Assembly: GCA_963720755.1 (NCBI GenBank)
Contig: CAVRGP010000003.1
Location: 1 to 36,392 of the forward strand
Direction: 5' to 3'
Source: an uncultured Chloroflexia bacterium
GTDB taxonomy: Bacteria; Chloroflexota; Limnocylindria; Limnocylindrales; CSP1-4
Length of the DNA: 36,392 nucleotides
A program made the translations under genes and the position numbers. The notes beneath the pieces were generated by a model. It did not search any database. It worked only from the letters and a program-made list of their open reading frames with translations, and was not told the DNA's origin. Shown piece by piece: positions 17,852 to 26,284 of the stretch; the first letter of the stretch is position 1; each line of letters begins with the position of its first letter.

Positions 17852-18792
17852 GAAACTGGCGCTGCGGGGGCTGCGACATCTGGCTCATCGATCCTCCCCG
17901 CACTCACGAGCCCCTGAAGGTTCTCCGGCGATCTCGACGCGTTCTCGAACGTCTGGCGGATCGCTTCGGCCATGGCCGCGTCGCCGCCACTGGCGCGCAC
18001 TGTCGACGCTAGCTCGGCCATTTCGCCGACTCGCCGCTCGACATGCAACGGATAGCTGGGAAGCAACCGCTCGAAGACCTCCATCACGCCAGGGTAGGCC
18101 GCTCGTGCGACCGTCCAAAATCCCTCCAGGACCCCTTCTCGCTCGGCCAGCCAACTGAGCTCGAGCATGAGCGCAACGACGCCCTTATTGACACCGCCGA
18201 GGAGCATCTTGAACAAGGACGCCTGGCCGATCCGCTCACCAAGGACGATGGTCCGAGGAAGAGGACCGATGAGAGCCGCAGTCCTGGACGCTCTCGGTCC
18301 GCTCAAGTAGAGCGTCGCCCCAGCTTCGAGAACCTCGGCGCGGCCGTGGATCGCTCCGTCGACCACGTGGACAGACGTTCCCTCAAAGGCAGACGCGACC
18401 AGGTCCATGCTCATCGGTGAGATCGCATTGAGATCGACGTAGGTCCGTTCTCGCCCGTCTGCAGGCAGGGTCCGGACGACCTCTCGAGCGAGCTCGATCG
18501 CCACACCGGGCGGCACTGCCGAGATGATGACGTCAGCATCAGCCACGGCATCGCTGAGAGTGGTCGCGATCGTGAACCCGGCCGCACGCGCCGAAGCGGC
18601 CGTCCGGGGGCTCCGATCGGCGGCGGTGGTGATGACGACCCGGCCAGCTCGAAGGAGGATCCTCCCAAAGGCTGAGCCGAGTTCTCCTGCGTATAGGATC
18701 GCGACGACCGGCCCGAGGGGGCCGCCCGGGATGACGGCGTTCTCCGCTACCGGATGCCGTCGATCAGTGTTGGATGGGGCGCTGTCCGGCAT
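17848..18792 (-). CDS. NAD(P)-dependent oxidoreductase, 6PGD/3-hydroxyisobutyrate dehydrogenase-like with DUF1932-type C-terminus
   Basis: YAGELG Rossmann variant, ISAVPP, YVDLNAISP, VDGAIHG, GQASLFKM..G..KG, RRVGEM. Confidence 0.8.
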   Translation of the reverse strand: MPDSAPSNTDRRHPVAENAVIPGGPLGPVVAILYAGELGSAFGRILLRAGRVVITTAADRSPRTAASARAAGFTIATTLSDAVADADVIISAVPPGVAIELAREVVRTLPADGRERTYVDLNAISPMSMDLVASAFEGTSVHVVDGAIHGRAEVLEAGATLYLSGPRASRTAALIGPLPRTIVLGERIGQASLFKMLLGGVNKGVVALMLELSWLAEREGVLEGFWTVARAAYPGVMEVFERLLPSYPLHVERRVGEMAELASTVRASGGDAAMAEAIRQTFENASRSPENLQGLVSAGRIDEPDVAAPAAPVS

Positions 18793-18804
18793 CGAGTCTG
18801 CTGT

Positions 18805-19545
18805 TCAGGCCTCGTCGTGCGCTTCAGCGAGTACGGCGTCAACCCACGCGTTCGAGAATTCGCCCCGACGTACGGCAGCGTGATACTCAGCCTCCAAGGC
18901 CGCTCTTGCTTGGAGTCGGCCCAGGACATCCTCTGCGGCCGCCCTGGGCACGACGACGACACCATTGCTGTCCCCGACGATGACATCGCCCGGGTTGATC
19001 ACGATGCCGCCGGCCGAGATCGGATAGTTGATCTCGCCCGGACCTCGGTGCAGTGGACCGATCGGGGTGATCCCGCGGGCGAATACCGCGAACCCATCCA
19101 GTTCAAGGATCGCCTCGACGTCTCTGATGAGTCCGTCGACGACGAAGCCGACGATGCCCCGGTGCCTGGCCTTGGTCGAGATGAGATCGCCGAGAACCGC
19201 GGTCAGCGCCGAGCTGCTCGTATCCACGACGACCACGTCCCCTGGCGACGCGACATCGAGACTCTTGTGGACCATCAAGTTGTCGCCCGGGAACACCTTG
19301 ACCGTGCACGCAGAACCGAGGATCCGCAACGATGGATCGGTCATCGGCTTGATCCCGGGATCCATCGTGAACATCCTGTTCATGATGTCCGAGATCGCCG
19401 GCGTGTCGAAATCGGCAAATCCGGCGATCGTATCGGCGTCGGCTCGATCGTTGTTCGGACGGATCCGAAAGCCCGGTCCCGGGTGCATTTCAGCCGTCTT
19501 GGGCTTGGAAACACCGATTCCTTGTGCCTTGCGCGCGTTGCTCAC
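18805..19545 (-). CDS. RraA family protein / 4-hydroxy-4-methyl-2-oxoglutarate aldolase-like
   Basis: ISD, GSACTV..PGDNL, GDVVVVD, GDL, VDGLIRD, PGDVIVGDSNGVVVVP. GGAG lies 6 nt before GTG 19545. Confidence 0.88.
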   Translation of the reverse strand: MSNARKAQGIGVSKPKTAEMHPGPGFRIRPNNDRADADTIAGFADFDTPAISDIMNRMFTMDPGIKPMTDPSLRILGSACTVKVFPGDNLMVHKSLDVASPGDVVVVDTSSSALTAVLGDLISTKARHRGIVGFVVDGLIRDVEAILELDGFAVFARGITPIGPLHRGPGEINYPISAGGIVINPGDVIVGDSNGVVVVPRAAAEDVLGRLQARAALEAEYHAAVRRGEFSNAWVDAVLAEAHDEA

Positions 19546-19724
19546 ATGGCGCTCCAATTTCGGGACATTCGACTCTGCTCGACGGTAGTCCGTCCCCTGA
19601 AACTCGTCAAACGCCCTCCCACATGGGTCGCGAGCGTGGCCGGCCCGTCAGCCATCGACTCGACGCCCTGGCGGTGTCTGGGGGCAACCATGAAATGTCG
19701 ACGCTGCGCTCGCTCAGACGTCGC

Positions 19725-19735
19725 TGTCGTATCCT
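19725..19735 (+). promoter_or_regulatory. Putative -10 element TGTCG-TATCCT
   Basis: TAnnnT hexamer at 19730-19735 upstream of a strong RBS. A near-identical 11-mer precedes the ACP operon. Confidence 0.4.
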
Positions 19736-19766
19736 TCACGCTGTTCCAGGGAGAAGGACGAGAACC

Positions 19767-19865
19767 ATGGCGACCGATCAACGCACGTCGAAAGGATCCG
19801 GCAGGTCGGACGAGCTCGGTCGATTCCGGATCCATGTCGGCAAGTTCCACGTCCGAACGCGGTGA
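19767..19865 (+). CDS. Putative 32-aa small protein MATDQRTSKGSGRSDELGRFRIHVGKFHVRTR
   Basis: GGGAGAAGGA purine tract (19749-19758) 8 nt before the ATG, a -10 motif upstream, and an otherwise empty intergenic region. Confidence 0.5.
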   Translation: MATDQRTSKGSGRSDELGRFRIHVGKFHVRTR

Positions 19866-19945
19866 TCCATTCGAACCCATGCATGCAGCCTCGATCGGCC
19901 GCTCGAGGTTGACGCTTGACACCGGCTAGTGTGGGAGCGCTCCCG

Positions 19946-21760
19946 ATGACGGCGGTGCCCAGTCCCGATATGCAGCACACGACCGTTCGGTCGGCCTACT
20001 TGGATCATGGCGGCACGTCGGTCTTCTCGTTGCTCCACCAACCCACCGCGGCCGCCAACGACGGAACAGCGGTTCTCATCTGCCCTCCATGGGGATGGGA
20101 CGAGGAAGCGTCATATCGGGCGCGCAGAACGTGGGCCGAACACCTGGCCATGCGAGGACATACGACCCTGCGCATCGACTTCCCGGGAACAGGCGACAGC
20201 GGGGGCGGGCCCTCGGACTTCGGGATCGTCGATTCCTGGCGAAAAGCCGTGATCGTTGCGACTGAAACGCTCGCTGGACTGCCGGGGACACAACGCATCG
20301 CTGTCCTCGGACTCGGGATCGGCGGGCTCGTCGCGGCCGCGGCCGCGGCCGATGGCGCCCGCTTCGAGGACCTCTTGCTCTGGGGGGCACCGCCCGACGG
20401 GCGGACGTTCGTCCGCGAGCAGCGGGCATTCGCGAGATTCCAGAGCTCTCGATATGGGCCGGCCGGTTCTGGGGACGGCGGCCTTCCCGACGGGTGGCTG
20501 GAGGCTGGGGGTTTCGTGTTGTCCCCGGCGACCATCGAGGCGATCGAGGGTCTCGATCTCCGCTCGATGGAACTGGGATCGCTCGAGCGCGTGCTCCTCG
20601 CCGGCCGAGATGGCATCCCGGTGGACGAAGCTGTTCGAGCGGCGTTCGAACGAGCGGGGATCGAGCCGGAGATCGCGCCGGGCCGTGGGTGGGCATCGAT
20701 GTGCTTCCATCCGGAGCGTCACGATCCACCGCTGGGGATGTTCGACCGCGTCGACGAGTGGCTGTCGACGACGCCCTCCCGGGGCTCGGGAGCGCCCTCG
20801 CGGCGACTCGCGCCGCCGATCCCCCTTCCGTCCATAGCCGCTGAAGCGATCTTCGTGGTTGACGGGACACCGATACGAGAGACGACCGTCGGACCCGACG
20901 AGGGATTCGGTGGTTCATTCGGTGTCCTCGCCTCACCGGAGGATGGCGGTCACCTGGGCGTCTGTGCGGTGTTCATGAACGCGGGCGCCATCCGGCGCGT
21001 CGGGCCGAACCGGATGTGGGTCGAGACCGCTCGGCGTTGGGCATCTCATGGCGTCCCGACCTTCCGGGCAGACATGGACGGTATCGGGGACGCTGATGGG
21101 GACGCTGACGTCTATCGAGACGTCGCTCGTTTCTATGCGCCCGACCGGCGCGGCCACGTCACGACCATACTCGACGCTCTCGAGGCCCGCGGGCTCGGGC
21201 CACGATTCGTGATGATCGGCTTGTGTGCGGGAGGATTCTGGGGGTTCGACGTCGGCGCCGACGACGAACGGGTCGTCGAGGTCATCGCAATCAACCCCAA
21301 AGTCCTGGCGTGGGATGGGGAGCTCGAGCTGCGCCGCGACGCACGACTCGTGGAGCGCATGTTCAAGGTCGATCCATGGAGACGCCTCATGAAGGGCGAG
21401 ACCGACCGAGCCAGAGTGCTCGCGATCGGACGGGCTGTCGTGACCCAGGCATCGCGTGCCTTACGGACGTCGCCGGCCCGCCTGCGCGAGCGTCACGCCG
21501 CAGACCCGGTTTCCGCTCGGATCGCGGACGCGCTCGACCGTCTGTGCGCCAAAGAGACTCGCGTCGTGCTCGCGTTCTCTGGAGATGAGGAGGTTCCAGG
21601 CGAACTCGAGCGGGGGGGCATCCTGTCCCGTCTGGCCGAGTGGCCGAACCTCGAGTTGGAGGAACTCCCGTTGAACGATCACACGGTCCGACCTGTCGCC
21701 GCTCAACAGGCGGTGCGGTCTGTACTCGATCGCGAGCTCCGCGTCCTGACCGACGGCTGA
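19946..21760 (+). CDS. Tandem double alpha/beta-hydrolase-fold protein resembling a fusion of exosortase-system-associated hydrolase 2 and hydrolase 1
   Basis: Domain 1: CPPWGWDE, LRIDFPGTGDS, GLGIGG. Domain 2: RVGPNRMWV, RADMDGIGDA, GLCAGG, NDHT. GGAG precedes ATG 19946. Confidence 0.75.
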   Translation: MTAVPSPDMQHTTVRSAYLDHGGTSVFSLLHQPTAAANDGTAVLICPPWGWDEEASYRARRTWAEHLAMRGHTTLRIDFPGTGDSGGGPSDFGIVDSWRKAVIVATETLAGLPGTQRIAVLGLGIGGLVAAAAAADGARFEDLLLWGAPPDGRTFVREQRAFARFQSSRYGPAGSGDGGLPDGWLEAGGFVLSPATIEAIEGLDLRSMELGSLERVLLAGRDGIPVDEAVRAAFERAGIEPEIAPGRGWASMCFHPERHDPPLGMFDRVDEWLSTTPSRGSGAPSRRLAPPIPLPSIAAEAIFVVDGTPIRETTVGPDEGFGGSFGVLASPEDGGHLGVCAVFMNAGAIRRVGPNRMWVETARRWASHGVPTFRADMDGIGDADGDADVYRDVARFYAPDRRGHVTTILDALEARGLGPRFVMIGLCAGGFWGFDVGADDERVVEVIAINPKVLAWDGELELRRDARLVERMFKVDPWRRLMKGETDRARVLAIGRAVVTQASRALRTSPARLRERHAADPVSARIADALDRLCAKETRVVLAFSGDEEVPGELERGGILSRLAEWPNLELEELPLNDHTVRPVAAQQAVRSVLDRELRVLTDG

Positions 21761-21801
21761 CGGCCGCGATCAGATGCGGGCGTGGCCGCTCGGGCAGGCC
21801 C

Positions 21802-24382
21802 TCATTCCACCCGTTGGATCGGGACAGAACCGACCAGGTTGAGGGCGGTCACGCTCCCCCTTGTGATGTCGATCCCGGAGCCGCTTGGTCGGAGGACGAT
21901 CTCACGTGTGTGGCCGGGTTCGATCGAGAACGCGTCATCGGATCGGCGGGCGCCGTCGAGATGGATTCGGACGCCCTGGGCAAGCCGGGTGGTGCGGATC
22001 GACAGGTGCACCGACTCGTCCACGACCCGACTCGTTGCCTCAAGTCCCAGCTCGTCGCCGGCCTCGGCGACAAGCTGGCGGCCGACCGGGAAGCGGAACG
22101 ACTGCGACAGGAGTTCGCCTCCGTTCGCCTCATCCCGCTCCAGGCTGACGACGACCGCATCATGCCCTGCAGGTCCGAAGTGGTAGGCCCATCCGGCATC
22201 GACAAACTGTCCCAGCAGGGTTTCGACATCGCGCACCAGGACGCCATGCGCTGGCAATCGGACGGCTTCAGTGCCCTCCCAAACCGGCCGCTCGAGGTCG
22301 CGGTAGAGCGTGACCCGCAAACGAGCGAGCAGTTCGTCCGGTCGATCGTTGGCCGCGTGGACCTGGATACCGCCGAGTCCCTCGTCGGTCGTCCAGACGG
22401 CCACCGGGGCGAGGATGCGTCGAAGGTGGTGGTAGGCGGCCTTTGGCAAGCCGCGATCGTCGAGCACCCCCCAGCCTGCGCCGGGCACGAGGTCGCGCAG
22501 CCACAGGACGATGGCGCCGCCGCATGGCGATCCAGCGCGCCGCCATTCTCCGAAGACCTCGGACATCACTTCGCCGGTGACCGCGCGCGCGAGTTCGAGG
22601 TAGCGGTCCGGGTCGGCCTGGCGGAGTTCGAGCGGATCGACGCCGAACGTCGACGCCAGGTAGTGGTCGCGCACGTCGTCGAAATCCCAATCGGCGCCAA
22701 CGTCCCGGGGGACACTCGCTTTCCAGCGTGGATCATCGATCGGGCCCATGGACGAACCGGCGAGGAGTCTCGTCGACGACACCCTCGTCGGGGACGTTCG
22801 CGAAGGCCAGGCATTCGGCGGCGAACCGAACCCCGGCGACCCTCGCATCGACGAGCGGTCGACGGTAGCCACCGACCCCGTAATAGTTCGCGACCCCACG
22901 GTCGGGACGGAACGGCAGGTCACCGCCGAACGGGGCGGATGGGACATACACCGCTTCGGCCCCGGACGCCGCCAGGATCCCAGGTACGGTCGACCCGAAG
23001 AATTCCCCTCGACCCAGGCCCGGGTCGAGTCCGAGCATCGCGACCTGCTGTTCGATCTCGCTGTTGCCGCAGATGACGGTGAGACTCGGGCGACCAGCGA
23101 GCGCCTCCATCACGTCCGCCGCTTCGTGTTCGGCGGTTGCCCGGAACGAGTCATCGGCGAACGGATAGTCGAGGTTGGCGAACATCAGATCCTGCCAGAC
23201 GAGGATGCCTAGCTCGTCGCACAGGTCGTGGAACGCATCGGTTTCGTACGCCCCGGTCCCGGGCACTCGGAGCATGTTCATCCCGGCGTCACGGGCCGTC
23301 TCGATCGCGGCGCGGAGCTGGTTCGCGGACGGCGCGAGTCCGATCGGGTCGATCGGCGTCCACACGGCGCCGCGCGCGAACACCCGGACGCCGTTGATGT
23401 GCAGGTCGAGGCCATCGCGCTCGATGTCGTGGCCAGGGGTCGGTCCAGCCGTCAACGTGCGAAATCCGACCCGGCCGGCGTCGATCGTCACGGAGCGACC
23501 GCCAAGGTCGATGGCCACGCGGACGGCATGGAGAACTGGGTCGCCGTGGGTATGCGGCCACCAGCGAGCGACCTGCCGGATCCGGACCGTGCCTGCGACG
23601 GTCGACGCCGCCGCCATCGGCCCGAAGTCCAGACGCTCCCGAGCGTGGCCGGTCGGACCTTCGACCTCGACGAATGCGGCGTCGATCGTTCGGCCGCCGA
23701 GCGCGCGGAGCCGGAGATCGACGCCGAGGCTCCCATCGTCGCCATCGAGTCCGGGACGCAGGCGAACGCCCTCGACGACGAGGTCTCGGCGACGCTCGAG
23801 CCGGATCGGACGCCACGGGCCGACGGTCGGGGGTCCGGGGGCAAACCCAGGGGCGCGGCCGATGAGCATCGTCCTGAACCAGCGCAGGCCGCCGTCCGTC
23901 ACGAGCCGGGTGCGCCAGCGGGCGCGCGGCTTGCGAGCGACGCGCAACTCGGGCCCGAGCGCTCGACAGCGGATCAGGAGTTCGTTGTCACCCCTGAGCC
24001 GGTCGCCGACCTCGATCTCGTGGCGTTCGAACATGGACTCGCAGGACAGCAGCAGCTCGCCATCGAGGAAGACCTCGGCCAGGGTCGCGATCCCGTCGAG
24101 ACAGAGGACCACTTCCTCACCAGGTCCTGCCGGCGCCGCTGTGAACGTGGTCTTGAACCACCAGTCCTCGGCGTCAAGGTCGCCGGCCGCCAGGCCCGCA
24201 TCCGCCAGGACCGCGGCAGCGGTGCCGGGCACCCGCGCCGGTTGCCACGACGACTGCTCGCCGGGCCGCGTCTGGTTCGCGTCTCCAACTGAGGTGACGG
24301 CTGTGGCGACCCAACCGCGGTCGAGTTGGACGACATCGTGACCATCGACGCGTCCGCGTCGGGTCGGAACCGGGGCTGGCAT
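21802..24382 (-). pseudogene. GH2 beta-mannosidase-like protein split by one +1 frameshift near 22770 (real lesion or sequencing error)
   Basis: N-part: VPGT, LDGIAT, SMF, NGVRVFARGAVW, GMNMLRV, CDELGILVWQDLMFA, CGNSE, FAAECL. C-part: WDFDDVRDHY, PGAGWG, PKAAY. Junction GAC GAG A CTC CTC GCC has one extra base. Confidence 0.85.
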
Positions 24383-24386
24383 GCCC

Positions 24387-25358
24387 CTAGCGTACGGCGT
24401 CGTCGAGGTAGCCGATCGCCTCGGTCCAGTCCCTGCCCATATCGCCGATCGCCGACGCCGCGTCGAATGGCCGTCGGCGAGCCAGTTTGAACCCGAGCAC
24501 CTTGGACGCCTCGACGATCCGCGCGAGGGCCGCAGACGCATCGTCTCCGTCGTCACCGAGGAGCCATTCGACATGCGAGGCGAGCAGTTCGAACCCAGCT
24601 CCGGCCATGCGCACGGTCGCGAACGCGTAGGCGTGGTACATCGCCGCGTCGCCCTCGAGCAAGGACGGGAGGTCACGTTCGAGCCGATCGCCGAAACGCT
24701 CGAATGGGTTGCCTGGCGGGATCAAGGTGATGTGGTGGCGCAGGATCGAGCGAGCCGCGGCCCGGAGATCCTCGCCGGAGAGCGGAGTCCCGACGTCGAA
24801 GCGAACGAGCTCTGCATACGGCGGGAGGACGTCCTCGGATGAGCCGGCGATGCGGAAGATCCCGCGGTAATCATCGCCGGCCAACTCGTACAGGGAGGTG
24901 TTGTGGTAGTAACGAAGGCGTGCTGCGTCAAGGTCGATCGCCTCCGCTGCGATGCTCGTCTTCACGTGCTCCCGGTGATAGCTCGTGGCCAGCGTGTCCG
25001 GGAGATGCCAGGCGTCAAGCTCGACGGTCATGGTCCGCCCGACGGCCAGTAGTTCGGCCATCTGGGTGGGGATATCCCGGTACGGCTGCATCTCGTGGAT
25101 GTCGATCCCGAACAGCGTCTCCAGGTCGGTCGGGGAGGGCTTGAAGAAGGTCCACTGATCACCTTCGAAGTCCTGCCTGACGGTCGGCCCGAGCGCGGCA
25201 AGTGGCTCGACGCCATGAGCATGGAGCAACTCGATCAGGAGGTCCGTGTAGCAATTGGTCTCGACGTAGGTTCGGTCGCCCGAGTGCAGGGCATGTGGGC
25301 GATAGGTCGCCGGATCGTGACCGAACAGGCTGACCATCGACGGGGCAGCCGAGGTCAC
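24387..25358 (-). CDS. DUF1839 family protein
   Basis: ETNCY, DFEGDQWTFFKP, LPDT..TSYHREHVKTSI, LPPYAE, FATVRMAGA; typical neighbour of aa:CP ligases. GTGA overlap at 25355-25358. Confidence 0.8.
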   Translation of the reverse strand: MTSAAPSMVSLFGHDPATYRPHALHSGDRTYVETNCYTDLLIELLHAHGVEPLAALGPTVRQDFEGDQWTFFKPSPTDLETLFGIDIHEMQPYRDIPTQMAELLAVGRTMTVELDAWHLPDTLATSYHREHVKTSIAAEAIDLDAARLRYYHNTSLYELAGDDYRGIFRIAGSSEDVLPPYAELVRFDVGTPLSGEDLRAAARSILRHHITLIPPGNPFERFGDRLERDLPSLLEGDAAMYHAYAFATVRMAGAGFELLASHVEWLLGDDGDDASAALARIVEASKVLGFKLARRRPFDAASAIGDMGRDWTEAIGYLDDAVR

Positions 25359-26284
25359 GGCCAGAGTTCCCGCCGGACGTCCTCCGGCCACGTCGCCGGG
25401 TTCAATCCGTGCCGTCGCAGCAATCCAAGGGTGATCCGTTCCAACCCGAACCCGAGGCAGGCGGTGTGGGCTGGTCCGCCATCGGCCATGGTGATCCCGA
25501 AGGTGTGGGCGAAGTGGTCCTGGTGGTAGTTGAACGAAGCGACCGCCGTCGGTTCTGGATCCGTGATCTGGATCAGCACTTCGAACTTCAATTCCTGGGC
25601 ACGCTGGTTCGCGGCGAGCATCCGACCTGAACGGCCGAAGAACGGGTCCGCGGCGACTTCCGGGTGAGGATCGAGCCCGACCCGGGCCAGGATCTCCTCA
25701 GCACGGTCGCGCCACGAGTCACGCCACGCAGCGACCGCTTCGGGTTCACCGAGGCGGATCATCTCGCGCTGGTGGAACATCTGGAGCCTGGCCGGATCCC
25801 CGGATGGCTCATGGCGAAAGACATAGGCGCCTCCGGCGTCGATCAGCGCGCCGCCGGCCGGCAGCGGCCCGCGACGACCGATCGCCGGGTAGACCGGATA
25901 GCAGGCTGCCGGGAGCAGGACCAGGTCCGTCATCGACTGGAACCCACTCCAGTCCTCGTGACGACCGGCCAGAGCCTCCTGCTCAACGGCATCTCGCTCG
26001 GTCCCGTCGAACGAGAAGATCGACCCGGCAAGGTGCGGGAACGACTGCAGGTAGCCGCTCGACTCGAAGTGGCGCCGAGGCAGGATCGGCGGAAAGCGAA
26101 CCACCTCCGCCTGATCTGGCGCCGCGACCCGACTGACAAGCCGGTCGAACGCCTCCAGCACGCCCTCGAAGACCGCGTTCCGACCATAGACGCCCGGTTC
26201 CCCTGTCTCGATGAGCAGGCCGTGGTCGATCAGTTCCGAAAGGAATGCGGCCTGGTCGGGGGAGGCCGCGCGGAAACCGGCCAT
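25355..26284 (-). CDS. Amino acid:[carrier protein] ligase (class II seryl-tRNA synthetase homologue lacking a tRNA-binding domain)
   Basis: GYLQSFPHL, PAACYPVYP, FRHEPS..PARLQMFHQRE (motif 2), SFNYHQDHF, HTACLGFGLER (motif 3). Cys/Glu/Cys zinc ligands present; 309 aa. Confidence 0.92.
   Translation of the reverse strand: MAGFRAASPDQAAFLSELIDHGLLIETGEPGVYGRNAVFEGVLEAFDRLVSRVAAPDQAEVVRFPPILPRRHFESSGYLQSFPHLAGSIFSFDGTERDAVEQEALAGRHEDWSGFQSMTDLVLLPAACYPVYPAIGRRGPLPAGGALIDAGGAYVFRHEPSGDPARLQMFHQREMIRLGEPEAVAAWRDSWRDRAEEILARVGLDPHPEVAADPFFGRSGRMLAANQRAQELKFEVLIQITDPEPTAVASFNYHQDHFAHTFGITMADGGPAHTACLGFGLERITLGLLRRHGLNPATWPEDVRRELWP

Noticed and set aside
15427-19865. Graspetide RiPP cluster (two ATP-grasp ligases plus a peptide containing TSK...SDE)
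   Set aside because: The ligases look COG3919-like rather than MvdC/MvdD-like. The peptide has no leader before the T/K/D/E segment and its spacing does not fit TxKxPSD. Not formally excluded.
19909-19932. TTGACG/TTGACA plus TAGTGT as a canonical promoter for the hydrolase
   Set aside because: Spacers of 12 and 5 nt do not fit a sigma70 promoter.
22733-22947. Programmed ribosomal frameshift in GH2
   Set aside because: No slippery sequence or obvious stimulator, and no precedent known to me in this family.
21640-23076. 478-aa plus-strand ORF (likewise 1206-2516, 11526-12734, 13314-14576, 18754-19929 and 27707-29125)
   Set aside because: Antisense to well-supported genes and without recognisable domains.
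25355-26284. Housekeeping seryl-tRNA synthetase (serS)
   Set aside because: No tRNA-binding domain, and it is coupled to a carrier protein.
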